Positions 19,726 to 29,498 of a DNA stretch of 60,388 nt are shown one piece after another. The position numbers and the translations under genes were made by a program. The stretch is taken from NCBI GenBank assembly GCA_040758155.1, contig JBFLWB010000140.1, positions 1 through 60,388 on the forward strand. Direction: 5' to 3'. Under the pieces are notes generated by a model. It was not told the DNA's origin. It saw only the letters and a list, made by a program, of their open reading frames with translations, and made no database searches. Numbering within the stretch: position 1 is the stretch's first letter; every line of letters begins with the position of its first letter. The DNA is from Thermodesulfobacteriota bacterium (GTDB lineage: Bacteria > Desulfobacterota > Deferrimicrobia > Deferrimicrobiales > Deferrimicrobiaceae).

Positions 19726-21909
19726 CTACCTTCTACCTCTCGGTCCCCGGCCCCGCTCGCGGTCCCGGCCCGGGCCCGCCTCCTTATCCCTGTCGGAGGC
19801 CGGCGGGGGGCCGGTTGCGGCCTTGAAGCGTCCTTCCTCCTCGAACTCCTTGTGGGAGAGCCGGATCTTCCCGTCCCGGTCCACTTCGAGGACGCGGACG
19901 GTGACCTCGTCCCCCTCCTTGAAGCACTCGGCCGTGTTGACCCGGAGCTTGGAGATCTGGGAGACGTGCAGCAGTCCGTCGGTCCCCGGGAAGATCTCGA
20001 CGAACGCCCCGAAATCCATGATCTTCCGGACCCGTCCCTGGTAGACCTTCCCGACCTCGGGGACCTGCGCGATCCCCTCGATGATGGAGATGGCCGCGCG
20101 GGCGGAGTCGGCGTCCACGGCGGCGATCTTGACCGTCCCGTCGTCCTCGATGTCGATCTTGACGCCGGTCTGCTCCTGGATGCCGCGGATGATCTTTCCC
20201 CCCGGGCCGATGATCTCGCGGATCTTGTCGGGCTTGACCATCATCACGTAGATCCGCGGGGCGAACGGCGAGAGCTCGGGCCGGTGCCCGGAGAGGGCGG
20301 CGTTCATCCGCTCGAGGATGAAGAGGCGCCCCTCCCGCGCCTGCCGGAGCGCGGTGAGCATGATGTCGCGGTCGACGCCGCCGATCTTGATGTCCATCTG
20401 GATCGCGGTGACGCCGTTCTTCGTGCCCGCGACCTTGAAGTCCATGTCGCCCAGGTGGTCCTCGTCGCCGAGGATGTCGGACAGGACGGCGACATCGCCG
20501 CCTTCCTTGATCAGCCCCATCGCGATCCCGGAGACGGCGCCGGTGGTGGGGATCCCCGCATCCATCATGGCAAGGGAGGAGCCGCACACGGTGGCCATCG
20601 AGGAGGAGCCGTTCGACTCGAGCACCTCGGAGACCACGCGGACCGTGTAGGGGAAGTCGGCGCTCTGGGGGAGCACCTTCGACACCGCGCGCTCCGCCAG
20701 CGCCCCGTGGCCGACCTCGCGGCGCCCCGGGGAGCGGAGCATCTTCACCTCGCCGACGCTGAACGGCGGGAAGTTGTAGTGCAGCATGAACGCCTTGGTC
20801 GTGTCGCCCAGGAGGGAGTCGATCCGCTGCTCGTCCTGCTTGGTCCCGAGCGTCGCGGTGGCCAGGACCTGCGTCTCGCCCCGCGTGAACACGGCGGAGC
20901 CGTGCGTCCTGGGGAGCACGCCGACCTCGCAGGAGATGTTCCGGATGTCGGACAGGCCGCGGCCGTCGATCCGCTTCTTCTCCCGCAGGATCTTCCCGCG
21001 CACGATCTTCTTCTCGAGCCCCTTGAACGCGTCGGCGATCAGGATCCCCTTCTCCAGCCGCTCCTCCTCGGAGAACGAGCCGCGGACGGCCTCGGCGACC
21101 TCCTCGATCCTCTTGCGGCGCTCCTGCTTCGCCAGGATGGAGTATGCCTCGGTCAGCGCGTCGCCCGCGATTCCCCCGATCTTCCCCGCGTCCTCTTCGG
21201 ACAGCTCCTTCTTCTCGTAGGCGCGCTTCTCCTTGCCGATCTCCCGGGCCATCTTCTCCTGCATCTCGAGGACGGGCACGAGCGACCGGTGCGCGTGGAA
21301 GATGGCGTCGAGCACCTCCTCCTCGGGGATCTCGCCGGCCTCCCCCTCGACCATCAGGATCGCGTCGCGGCTGCCGGCGACGAAGATGTTCATGTCGCTG
21401 CGCTCGATGTCCTGCAGCAGCGGATTGATGACCAGCTCGCCGTCGATCCGGCCGACCCGCGCTCCCGCGATGGGGCCGCCGAACGGGATGTCGGAGATGG
21501 AAAGCGCCGCCGAGGCGCCGATCATCGCCAGGATCCCCGTGTCGTTCTGCTTGTCCGCGGAGAGCACCGTGGCGATGACCTGGATCTCGTTGTAGAACCC
21601 TTTCGGGAACAGCGGCCGCAACGGCCGGTCGATCAGCCGGGAGGTCAGCACCTCGAACTCGGAGAGCTTCCCCTCGCGCTTGAAGAACCCGCCCGGGATC
21701 TTGCCCACGGCGAAGGTCTTCTCGACGTAGTCGACGACCAGCGGGAGGAAATCGATCCCGGGGCGGGGGGTGTCCGTCACGCAGGCGGTCACCAGGACGA
21801 CGGACCCGCCGTAGGATACGACCGCGGCGCCCCCGGCCTGCTTGGCCCAGCGCCCGGATTCGATGGATAACACCCGTCCGGAGATTTCCGCTTCGTACAC
21901 GTTTCCCAC
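19726..21909 (-). CDS. pnp: Polyribonucleotide nucleotidyltransferase (PNPase)
   Basis: 727 aa. Two RNase PH domains, KH and S1 (GRVRKIMDFGAFVEI). GTG start. Confidence 0.97.
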   Translation of the reverse strand: MGNVYEAEISGRVLSIESGRWAKQAGGAAVVSYGGSVVLVTACVTDTPRPGIDFLPLVVDYVEKTFAVGKIPGGFFKREGKLSEFEVLTSRLIDRPLRPLFPKGFYNEIQVIATVLSADKQNDTGILAMIGASAALSISDIPFGGPIAGARVGRIDGELVINPLLQDIERSDMNIFVAGSRDAILMVEGEAGEIPEEEVLDAIFHAHRSLVPVLEMQEKMAREIGKEKRAYEKKELSEEDAGKIGGIAGDALTEAYSILAKQERRKRIEEVAEAVRGSFSEEERLEKGILIADAFKGLEKKIVRGKILREKKRIDGRGLSDIRNISCEVGVLPRTHGSAVFTRGETQVLATATLGTKQDEQRIDSLLGDTTKAFMLHYNFPPFSVGEVKMLRSPGRREVGHGALAERAVSKVLPQSADFPYTVRVVSEVLESNGSSSMATVCGSSLAMMDAGIPTTGAVSGIAMGLIKEGGDVAVLSDILGDEDHLGDMDFKVAGTKNGVTAIQMDIKIGGVDRDIMLTALRQAREGRLFILERMNAALSGHRPELSPFAPRIYVMMVKPDKIREIIGPGGKIIRGIQEQTGVKIDIEDDGTVKIAAVDADSARAAISIIEGIAQVPEVGKVYQGRVRKIMDFGAFVEIFPGTDGLLHVSQISKLRVNTAECFKEGDEVTVRVLEVDRDGKIRLSHKEFEEEGRFKAATGPPPASDRDKEAGPGRDRERGRGPRGRR

Positions 21910-21937
21910 TGTTTTTTATTCCCTTCTTGTGTAGGAA

Positions 21938-22207
21938 CTACTTGCGCAGCCCGAGGGACTCGACCACCGTCTTGTACCGCAGCGACTCCTTCGCCTTCAG
22001 GTAGTCCAGCAGGCGGCGGCGCTGCCCGACCAGCTTCAGCAATCCTCTGCGGGAGCCGAAATCCTTGGTGTGGCTCTTCAGGTGATCCGTGATCATGTTG
22101 ATCCGCTCGGTCAGGAGCGCGATCTGCACCTCCGGGGAACCGGTGTCGGTGTCGTGCGTGCGGAATCTGCCGATGATGTCCTTCTTTTTTTCCGTAACCA
22201 GGCTCAT
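21938..22207 (-). CDS. rpsO: 30S ribosomal protein S15
   Basis: 89 aa. [14 protein letters not shown]...HLKSHTKD...RRGLL. Confidence 0.97.
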   Translation of the reverse strand: MSLVTEKKKDIIGRFRTHDTDTGSPEVQIALLTERINMITDHLKSHTKDFGSRRGLLKLVGQRRRLLDYLKAKESLRYKTVVESLGLRK

Positions 22208-22260
22208 GTCCTTGCGCCCTTCCCTTTCGCCGAGATATTCCCGGTTTTATTGAAGAATTC

Positions 22261-22289
22261 TTTATATCACATCCATTCGGGGATGTAAA
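22261..22289 (-). promoter_or_regulatory. Candidate sigma70-type promoter for rpsO-pnp
   Basis: Minus strand: TTTACA (22289-22284), 17-nt spacer, TATAAA (22266-22261). Located in an AT-rich spacer directly after the truB stop. Confidence 0.45.
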
Positions 22290-23180
22290 TTACATGCCCC
22301 TCAGGATCTTCCACAGCCCCGAAGCGTCCCGGCCGACGATCGCCAGCGGCTCGCGCCGCTCCGTGACGAGCAGCGCCGTATCCCCGCGCTCCCCGGAGGC
22401 GCGCCCGGCGATCCAGGATCCCGCAAGCCGCCCGTTCCGGACGGCGTTCACCGCGTCGGGCGGCACCACCCAGGCCGGCATGCGGGAAAGGGCGTCGACG
22501 ATCGGGATCATCCGCTCGCCGGCCCGTCCCGCCGCGGCGAGCTCCCGCAGCTCTTCCAGCGTCGCGGCGCTCCCGATCTGGAACGGCCCCACCCGGAGAC
22601 GCCGCAGCCGGGAGACCGTCATCGGAACACCGAGTCGTTCCCCCAGGTCCCGTGGCAGCGCCCGGACGTAGAACCCCTTCGAGCAGGCGATCGCCGCGGA
22701 GAATCCCCGCTCGTCCCAGGACAGCAGGCGCGCCGCGGACACCGTCACCCGGCGGGGCGCCAGCGGAACCTCCTTCCCCTTCCGCGCCAGCGCGTAGGAG
22801 CGCACCCCGCCCACCTTCACCGCGGAGTAGGACGGCGGGACCTGGAGGAAGGTGCCGACCAGCGTCGCCAGCGCCGACGCGACGGCCGTCTCGTCCGCCG
22901 CGGCTCCCGGGCGCGTCTCCACCGGCTTCCCGGTCGCGTCCCCCGTGTCCGTGGCGATGCCGAAGGCGAACGCCGCCTCGTACTCCTTCTCCTCGTCCGC
23001 AAGGTACCCGGCGATCTTCGTGGCGTTCCCGACGCAGATGGGAAGCACGCCCGTCGCCATCGGGTCGAGCGTCCCGGCGTGGCCGCACTTCCTCTCCCCG
23101 AGGATCCTTCCCGCGAGCCGGACGGCGTCGAAGGAGGTGATGCCGCCGGGCTTGTCGAGGACGAGCACGCCCCCGGTCAC
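22290..23180 (-). CDS. truB: tRNA pseudouridine(55) synthase
   Basis: 3' part of track ORF 22290-24077. LVLDKPGGITSFD and GHAGTLDPMATGVL motifs. GTG start at 23180, giving a GTGA overlap with the nrnA stop. Confidence 0.9.
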   Translation of the reverse strand: MTGGVLVLDKPGGITSFDAVRLAGRILGERKCGHAGTLDPMATGVLPICVGNATKIAGYLADEEKEYEAAFAFGIATDTGDATGKPVETRPGAAADETAVASALATLVGTFLQVPPSYSAVKVGGVRSYALARKGKEVPLAPRRVTVSAARLLSWDERGFSAAIACSKGFYVRALPRDLGERLGVPMTVSRLRRLRVGPFQIGSAATLEELRELAAAGRAGERMIPIVDALSRMPAWVVPPDAVNAVRNGRLAGSWIAGRASGERGDTALLVTERREPLAIVGRDASGLWKILRGM

Positions 23181-24139
23181 GAAAGCGCGGCTCCGAGCGC
23201 GTCGAAGACCTTTCGCTTCACTTCGGAGATCGACCCCTGGACCGTGCAGCCCGCGGCGTTCCGGTGGCCGCCTCCGCCGAACCGCGCTGCCACCTCCGAA
23301 ACGTCGACCCGCCCCTTGGAGCGGAAGCTCACCCGGAACGCGCCGCCCTGCTCCTCCCTGAAGGATACCGCCACTTCCGCGCCCAGGACCGACCGGGGGT
23401 AGTTGATGAATCCTTCCATGAGGTCCTTCCCCGCCCCCGCCTCCGCCAGGTCCGAAAGCATCGTGGTGATGGACGCCACCTTCCCCTCCAGGGCGATCTC
23501 CAGGGAGGAGAGCGCCCTCCCGAGGAGGCGCAGCCGGGAGAGGCTCTGGGTCTCGTAGACCTGCTCCGCCACCGACCACGGGTCCACGCCGAGGCGGACC
23601 ATTTCCCCCGCCACCTCGAACGCCTCCGGCGAGGAGTTCCCGTAATGGAACGAGCCGGTGTCCGTCAGGACGGCGACGTAGATGTTCTCCGCGATGTCGC
23701 GGTCGATCGGGCATCCCATGGCGGCGAGCACGCGGTAGACCAGGAGCCCCGCCGCCGCGGCGTCGGGGTCCACAAGGGCGAGGTCGCCGCGGACGCCGTT
23801 GGTGCGGTGATGGTCGATGTTGACGAGCAGCGGCGGCTTCCGGAGCTCCGCCTCCACCCTCCCGGTCCGCTCCGGGGAGCCGCAGTCGACCACGACAGCG
23901 ACCTCGTACTTCGAACCGTCCTCCTCCATCCGGACCGTGTCGGCGCCGGGGAGGAACCGCAGGTTCTCCGGGACGGGGTCGGCGTTCAGCACCGCGGCGG
24001 TCTTTCCCATCTTCCGGAGCGCCAGCGCCAGCGCCAGCTCCGACCCGATGGCGTCCCCCTCCGGGTTCTCGTGGCACGCGATGAGGAACCGCTCCTTCTC
24101 CGCGAACACCCTGCAGATGGCGGACAGGTCTCCCCTCAT
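23177..24139 (-). CDS. nrnA: DHH/DHHA1 phosphoesterase (NrnA-type oligoribonuclease / pAp phosphatase)
   Basis: 320 aa. H-x-x-P-D-G-D-like CHENPEGDAIGS, DHH (NIDHHRTN) and GGGH (FGGGGHRNAAG) motifs. Confidence 0.85.
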   Translation of the reverse strand: MRGDLSAICRVFAEKERFLIACHENPEGDAIGSELALALALRKMGKTAAVLNADPVPENLRFLPGADTVRMEEDGSKYEVAVVVDCGSPERTGRVEAELRKPPLLVNIDHHRTNGVRGDLALVDPDAAAAGLLVYRVLAAMGCPIDRDIAENIYVAVLTDTGSFHYGNSSPEAFEVAGEMVRLGVDPWSVAEQVYETQSLSRLRLLGRALSSLEIALEGKVASITTMLSDLAEAGAGKDLMEGFINYPRSVLGAEVAVSFREEQGGAFRVSFRSKGRVDVSEVAARFGGGGHRNAAGCTVQGSISEVKRKVFDALGAALS

Positions 24140-24501
24140 TCCCGCTCCCCCCCTTCCTTCGAGATGTCCCGGAGGAGCGAGTCGATGCGGGCCCCGCGCT
24201 CGTACGAATCGTCGTAGTGGAACTGCAGCTCCGGCGCGCTTCGCAGCCCCAGGGCCGTCCCCACCTCCCGCCGGAGGTACCCTTCGGCGCGCCGCAGGGC
24301 CCTCACGACCTCCTTCCGCGCGGCCTCGTCCGCGAGCGCGGTCCAGCGCACGTGGGCGAGCTTCAGATCGGGGGTGATGGAGACCGAGGTGATCGTCACG
24401 CCCGACAGCCCGGGGTCGTTCACCTTCCTCTGCAGGAGGACGGAGAGCTCTTCCCGGATCCGTTCCGCGACGCGCGCCGGTCGGTCGCCTCGACCTCTCA
24501 T
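24136..24501 (-). CDS. rbfA: Ribosome-binding factor A
   Basis: 121 aa at the 3' end of the spurious 1170-aa track ORF: RVAERIREELSVLLQRKVNDPGLSGVTITSVSITPDLKLAHV... ATGA overlaps on both sides. Confidence 0.9.
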   Translation of the reverse strand: MRGRGDRPARVAERIREELSVLLQRKVNDPGLSGVTITSVSITPDLKLAHVRWTALADEAARKEVVRALRRAEGYLRREVGTALGLRSAPELQFHYDDSYERGARIDSLLRDISKEGGERE

Positions 24502-24803
24502 TCGGAATCGCCCCCCTCGGGCCGGAAGAATTCGATGCGGGCGGACAACAGCTCCACCTCCCCGTCCCTGCCGATCCCGTCCGCGATCCGGTCGAACATC
24601 GACCGGGCGAGCCGGGTGTCCGTGGTGACGAGGGCGACGCCGATCGTACCTCGCTGCCACTTGTCGTGGTGCGCCACCTCGGCCACGGAAACGGGGTATC
24701 CCGCGCGGATCCTCGCCGTGAGTCCCGCGATGCGGCGCCGCTTGTCCTTCAGGGACAGCGCCCCGGGGAAGAGAAGGTCCGCGGTGAGCACCGCGACGAC
24801 CAA
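24498..24803 (-). CDS. DUF503 (YlxP-like) protein
   Basis: 101 aa. LFPGALSLKDKRRRI motif. Occupies the conserved slot between infB and rbfA. Confidence 0.8.
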   Translation of the reverse strand: MVVAVLTADLLFPGALSLKDKRRRIAGLTARIRAGYPVSVAEVAHHDKWQRGTIGVALVTTDTRLARSMFDRIADGIGRDGEVELLSARIEFFRPEGGDSE

Positions 24804-24815
24804 GGGAGGCCGCCG

Positions 24816-27386
24816 CTACACCAGGGTGCCGGCGATCTTCTCGATGGTGTACGCCTCGATCTGGTCGCCGACCTGGATGTCGTTGTAGTTTTCGATCCCC
24901 AGGCCGCACTCGTACCCCTCGAGGACCTCCCGCACGTCGTCCTTGAAGCGCTTGAGGGAGGAGAGCTTCCCGTCGAACACCACCACGTTGTCCCGCAGGA
25001 GGCGCACGTTGGAGTTCCGGGTGATCTTCCCCGAGATGACCCCGCATCCCGCGATCGTCCCGATCTTGGAGATGTGGAAGGTGTTCCGGACCTCGGCCCT
25101 CCCCTGGACGATCTCCTTCAGGGTGGGCTCGAGGAGCCCTTCCATCGCCTTCTTGATGTCGTCGACCACGTCGTAGATGATCGAGTAAAGGCGGATGTCG
25201 ACGCCTTCCCGCTCCGCGAGCTCCGCCCCCTTCGCCTCGGGCCGGACGTTGAACCCGATGATGACGGCCGATGACGCGGAGGCGAGCATCACGTCGGACT
25301 CGGAGATCCCGCCGACCCCCGAGTGGATGATCTTGACCTTCACCTTGTCCGTCCCGAGCTTCCCGAGGGAAAACTGCAGCGCCTCCATCGAGCCCTGGAC
25401 GTCGGACTTGATGACGATGTTCAGGTCCTTCACTTCCCCGGCGTCGATCTTCCGGTGCAGGTCCTCGAGGCTCATCCGCGGGCGGGCGATGACGCGCTCC
25501 CGCTCCTTCTCGGACCGGTGGAGCGCGATCTGCCGCGCGGTCCGCTCGTCCTTCAGGACCGCGAACTTGTTCCCCGCATCGGGCAGCCCCGTCAGCCCCT
25601 GGATCTCCACGGGCGTGCCTGGGGGGGCGTCGTCGAGCCGCTTCCCCTTGTAGTTGATCAGCGCGCGCACGCGCCCGTAGTGGCTCCCCGTCACGATCGC
25701 GTCGCCCACCTTCAGGGTGCCGTCGAGGACCAGGACGGTGGCCACCGGGCCGCGCCCCTTCTCCAGGCGCGATTCGAGGACGGTGCCGCGGGCGAGCTTC
25801 GTCGGATTGGACCTGAGCTCGAGGACGTCCGCCTGCAGGAGGATGAGCTCCAGAAGCTCGTTGATGCCGATGCGCTTCTTCGCGGACACGTTGGCATACA
25901 GGTTGGTGCCGCCCCACTCCTCGGGGATCAGGCCGTGGTCGGAGAGCTGCTGGCGGATCCGGTCGGGCTGGGCGCCCGGCTTGTCGATCTTGTTCACCGC
26001 CACGACGATGGGGACGTTCGCCGCCTTGGCGTGGTCGATCGCCTCGATCGTCTGCGGCATCACCCCGTCGTCGGCTCCGACCACCAGGACGACGATGTCC
26101 GTCACCGACGCGCCGCGCGCGCGCATCGCCGTGAACGCTTCGTGGCCCGGCGTGTCGAGGATGACGAGGCGCCGGTCGTTGTGCTCCACCTCGTAGGCGC
26201 CGATGTGCTGCGTGATCCCGCCCGCCTCCGTCTCGGTGACCTTGCTCTCCCGGATGGCGTCGAGCAGCGTGGTCTTCCCGTGGTCGACGTGCCCCATGAT
26301 GGTGACGACGGGCGCGCGGGGACGGAGATCCTCTTCCTTGTCGACCTCCTGGTCGATGAGACTCTCCATCTCGGGGGCGACGTTCTCGACCTCGAAGCCG
26401 TACTCCTGCGCCAGGATCCCGGCCGTTTCGGCGTCGAGGAGCTGGTTCAGCGTCGAGGGCATCCCCATCTCGATGAGCTTCTTGATGACGTCCGCCGCCT
26501 TGATCCCCATCCGGTGGGCCAGGTCGCCGACGGTGACTACCTCCTCGATCTTCAGGTGCCGCTTGCTCGCCTTGGGCGGCAGCGTCGAGGGAACCTTCTT
26601 CTCCTTGACCGGCCGGCCGCGCTTCTTCGAGATGCGGGTGGGCTGGAACTGCCGCACGACCGACGGCTCGGCTTCGGGCGCCGGAGCGGCCCCCTCGGCT
26701 TTCTTCGCCTCGGCCTCGGGCTCCTCGAGGACCTCCTTGATGATCGTCTGCTTCAGGACCCCCTTCTGCACCTTCCGCTCGTGAGGCTTGTTCTTCTTCC
26801 ACTTCTTGTCCTTGTCTTTCCTGGCGTCCTCGGGCTTGACGGCGGCCACGGGCTTCTCGACGACCCGCAGCGGCGTCTCGCCCTCCGCGGTCGCCTCGGG
26901 CTGGGCCCCCGAGGCGGGGACCGCGGCCTGCGGCGCCGCTCCGGCGGCCTCCGCCTGCGGCGCGGCCGCGGGGGTTTCCGATGGGATCTCTACGGGAAGG
27001 GCGCCCGCTTCGCCGGCGGTCGGCGGCGCGGTCTCGGCGGCGGAGGGCTGAGGGACGGTTTCCGCGCGGTGCGCTTCGGCGGCGGCCGCCTCCTCCTTCG
27101 CGGACGGAGGGGCGGGCGGAGGAGCGGGAACGCCGCGCCGGAGGATGACCTTCTGCGACCTGCGCTCGATCACGCCGTCGGAACGGGTCAGCACGGTGGT
27201 CTGGGGCGGAGGAGGAGCCTGCGGCGGCTTCTTGAAGTGCCCCTTGACCCGGTCGATCAGGTCGCCTTCGAGGTTGCTGGAGGCCGACTTCCCTTTCGCG
27301 CCGATCCTCTCCAGGAAAGCGATGATCTCCCTGCTCGTCTCCATGCCCAGGTCTTTCGCCAGATCCCGAATCCGAACCTTGTCCAT
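24816..27386 (-). CDS. infB: Translation initiation factor IF-2
   Basis: 856 aa. N-terminal [14 protein letters not shown], an Ala/Pro/Glu-rich linker, and G domain [12 protein letters not shown] / DTPGH / NKID. Confidence 0.97.
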   Translation of the reverse strand: MDKVRIRDLAKDLGMETSREIIAFLERIGAKGKSASSNLEGDLIDRVKGHFKKPPQAPPPPQTTVLTRSDGVIERRSQKVILRRGVPAPPPAPPSAKEEAAAAEAHRAETVPQPSAAETAPPTAGEAGALPVEIPSETPAAAPQAEAAGAAPQAAVPASGAQPEATAEGETPLRVVEKPVAAVKPEDARKDKDKKWKKNKPHERKVQKGVLKQTIIKEVLEEPEAEAKKAEGAAPAPEAEPSVVRQFQPTRISKKRGRPVKEKKVPSTLPPKASKRHLKIEEVVTVGDLAHRMGIKAADVIKKLIEMGMPSTLNQLLDAETAGILAQEYGFEVENVAPEMESLIDQEVDKEEDLRPRAPVVTIMGHVDHGKTTLLDAIRESKVTETEAGGITQHIGAYEVEHNDRRLVILDTPGHEAFTAMRARGASVTDIVVLVVGADDGVMPQTIEAIDHAKAANVPIVVAVNKIDKPGAQPDRIRQQLSDHGLIPEEWGGTNLYANVSAKKRIGINELLELILLQADVLELRSNPTKLARGTVLESRLEKGRGPVATVLVLDGTLKVGDAIVTGSHYGRVRALINYKGKRLDDAPPGTPVEIQGLTGLPDAGNKFAVLKDERTARQIALHRSEKERERVIARPRMSLEDLHRKIDAGEVKDLNIVIKSDVQGSMEALQFSLGKLGTDKVKVKIIHSGVGGISESDVMLASASSAVIIGFNVRPEAKGAELAEREGVDIRLYSIIYDVVDDIKKAMEGLLEPTLKEIVQGRAEVRNTFHISKIGTIAGCGVISGKITRNSNVRLLRDNVVVFDGKLSSLKRFKDDVREVLEGYECGLGIENYNDIQVGDQIEAYTIEKIAGTLV

Positions 27387-27404
27387 CCACTCCCCCTGCC
27401 GAAG

Positions 27405-27677
27405 TTATGCTTCGTGCGTCCTCGCGGCGGCCAGCCGGTCCGCCAGTTCCGTGCCCGACTCGCCCATCTTCCAGCGCGCGCCGCCCTTCCGCGTCCGGAG
27501 TCTGGCGGCGAACCGCCCGATGCATTCGCCGTCGCGGCACAGGTAGATGCCGCGTCCGGGGAGCCTGCCCGCCGGGTCGGGGGTCCACCCCGCCCCGGGC
27601 CTCCCCGCGATCCGGAGAAGCCGTTCCTTCCCCGTCACGGCCCCGCACTGAACGCAGGTGCGCCTTGTTTCTTTCAT
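27405..27677 (-). CDS. ylxR: YlxR/DUF448 family RNA-binding protein
   Basis: 90 aa. RTCVQC...GRGIYLC motif. Lies between nusA and infB. Confidence 0.8.
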   Translation of the reverse strand: MKETRRTCVQCGAVTGKERLLRIAGRPGAGWTPDPAGRLPGRGIYLCRDGECIGRFAARLRTRKGGARWKMGESGTELADRLAAARTHEA

Positions 27678-27678
27678 G

Positions 27679-28899
27679 CTACTCCTTCCGGGGGCCGCTT
27701 CCCTCTCCCCCGGCCGGTTCTTCCGCCGCCGGTTCCGCGGAAGGCGCTTCCGACGGCGCGGGTTCCGCCGAAGGCGGATCAGCCGTCCCGGCGTCTGCCG
27801 GCGCCTCCGCAGGGGCCTCCGCCTCCGGCTTCTTCGCGAAGAGACCTTCCGCCCGCTTCAGCGCGTCCTCGACCTGCCCCTCGGCGCGGACCTCGATGTT
27901 CCACCCCACCAGCTTGGAGGCGAGCTTGACGTTCTGCCCCTTCTTGCCGATCGCCAGCAGGAGCTGCTCCTCGGGGACGATCACCTCCATGGTCTTCTCC
28001 GACTCGTTCACGAGGACCCGGATGATCTCCGCGGGCTGGAGGGCGTTGCAGACGAACTTCGCGGGATCCTCGTCCCAGGCGATGATGTCGATCCGCTCGC
28101 CGCGCAGCTCCTGGACGACGCTCTGCACGCGGGATCCCTTCATGCCGACGCACGCCCCGACCGGGTCCACGTCGCGGTCCCTCGAGCGGACGGCGATCTT
28201 CGTCCGGAAGCCCGGCTCCCTCGCCACGCTCAGGATGCTGACCACCCCCTCGTACACCTCGGGGACCTCCTGCTCGAACAGCTTGATGATCATCCGGGGA
28301 TCGGCCCGGGACAGCAGGATCTCCGGCCCGCGGGAAGTCTTCGTCACGTCCTTGATGTAGGCGCGGATCCGGTCGGTCTGGCGGTACCGCTCCCGGGGAA
28401 TCTGCTCCGACGGCGGCATGATCGCCTCCGCCTTGCCCATGTCGATGACGAGGCAGTCGCGCTCGTACCGCTGCACGATGCCGTTGATGATCTCCCCCTT
28501 GCGGCCGATGAACTCGTTGTAGATGACCTCCCGCTCGGCGTCCTTGACCTTCTGCATGATGATCTGGCGCGCGGTCTGGGCGGCGATCCGGCCGAGGTCC
28601 TTGGTGCTGAGCCGGTCGCCCAGGCTGTCCCCCACCTGGGCCTCGGGGTCCAGCGCCTGCGCCTCGGCGAGCGACATCTGGGTGTCCGGGTCGGTCAGGT
28701 TGTCCGTCACCGTGCGGAAGGCCAGGATCTCGAATTCTCCGGTTTCGGGATCGTAGGTCGCCTCGAGGATCTTGTTCGCCCCGTATTTCTTCCGGGCGGC
28801 GCTTTCGAGGGCCTCCTTGATCGCTTCGATGATGATGTTCTTGTCGATCCCTTTTTCCTTGCCCAGCTGGGCAATGATCTGTCCGACGTCCAGGATCAT
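27679..28899 (-). CDS. nusA: Transcription termination/antitermination factor NusA
   Basis: 3' part of track ORF 27679-29418, starting at MILDVGQIIAQLGKEKGI (ATG 28899, ATGA overlap with the rimP stop). S1 and two KH domains. Acidic Ala/Pro/Glu tail. Confidence 0.95.
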   Translation of the reverse strand: MILDVGQIIAQLGKEKGIDKNIIIEAIKEALESAARKKYGANKILEATYDPETGEFEILAFRTVTDNLTDPDTQMSLAEAQALDPEAQVGDSLGDRLSTKDLGRIAAQTARQIIMQKVKDAEREVIYNEFIGRKGEIINGIVQRYERDCLVIDMGKAEAIMPPSEQIPRERYRQTDRIRAYIKDVTKTSRGPEILLSRADPRMIIKLFEQEVPEVYEGVVSILSVAREPGFRTKIAVRSRDRDVDPVGACVGMKGSRVQSVVQELRGERIDIIAWDEDPAKFVCNALQPAEIIRVLVNESEKTMEVIVPEEQLLLAIGKKGQNVKLASKLVGWNIEVRAEGQVEDALKRAEGLFAKKPEAEAPAEAPADAGTADPPSAEPAPSEAPSAEPAAEEPAGGEGSGPRKE

Positions 28900-29384
28900 C
28901 GCTTTTTCTTTCCCTTCCCGAAGAGTTCTTCCTGGGTAACGTCCAGGTTCGCCTTCCGGATCTCGCCGTAGGCGATCCGGATCACCGCGTCCTCCGTCTT
29001 GAGATCGATCCCGCCGTCGTCCGACCCGGCCAGGATCCCCACGAAGTTCCGGCGGCCCTCTTTCATCTCCGACAGCGTCAGCCGCACCCGGCTGCCCACG
29101 GACAGGGCGAAATGCTCCGGCCTGCGCAGCCTGCGGTTCAGTCCGGGGGAGGAAACCTCGAGCAGGTACGTTCCCTCGACGGGATCCTCCACGTCGAGGA
29201 TCGCGCCGAACCTGCGGCTGAAGGACCGGATCTCCGAAAGCGATACGCCGCCTTCCCGGTCGACGAAAACCCGCAGGACGATCCGCGGCCCCTCCCGCGC
29301 GACCTCGAGGTCGAACAGGGAAAGGGAGAGATCCCCCGCGACTTCCCGGGCGATCGCCTCGATCTTTTCGGTATCCGCTTTCAT
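28896..29384 (-). CDS. rimP: Ribosome maturation factor RimP
   Basis: 162 aa. VFVDREGGVSLSEI...SSPGLNRRL motif. Upstream of nusA. Confidence 0.9.
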   Translation of the reverse strand: MKADTEKIEAIAREVAGDLSLSLFDLEVAREGPRIVLRVFVDREGGVSLSEIRSFSRRFGAILDVEDPVEGTYLLEVSSPGLNRRLRRPEHFALSVGSRVRLTLSEMKEGRRNFVGILAGSDDGGIDLKTEDAVIRIAYGEIRKANLDVTQEELFGKGKKKR

Positions 29385-29393
29385 CGAAGACAG

Positions 29394-29420
29394 AAAAAAA
29401 AAGTGGGCACCGGCCCACTT
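29394..29420 (-). terminator. Intrinsic terminator hairpin between pyrD and rimP
   Basis: Minus strand reads AAGTGGGC-CGGT-GCCCACTT followed by a run of nine T, ending 10 nt before the rimP ATG. Confidence 0.7.
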
Positions 29421-29498
29421 ATCCTCCCCAACACCCCGATTATATTACAGGGAAAACGCGAGCGACCACAACACATTTCTTTCTCCCTCCCCGCCCTG

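Noticed and set aside
25900-27200. Repetitive Ala/Pro/Glu-rich DNA in infB (and in the NusA C-terminal tail at 27679-27850) as a possible tandem repeat or hypervariable locus.
   Set aside because: It is in frame within IF-2 and corresponds to the well-known low-complexity N-terminal linker of IF-2. No exact tandem repeat unit is visible.
24136-27648. The very long track ORFs: the 1170-aa ORF here, plus 2266-4344, 25323-27929, 9139-10773, 13466-16006, 19507-21870 and 48648-51362.
   Set aside because: Their translations are Arg/Pro/Gly/Ala-rich, low-complexity and motif-free. Each lies out of frame or antisense to a gene with unmistakable conserved motifs (infB, hoxF/U, nadB, purL, pnp, the NTP-transferase fusion). 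This is the typical open-frame artefact of high GC content. Only their 3' ends sometimes coincide with real genes such as rbfA.
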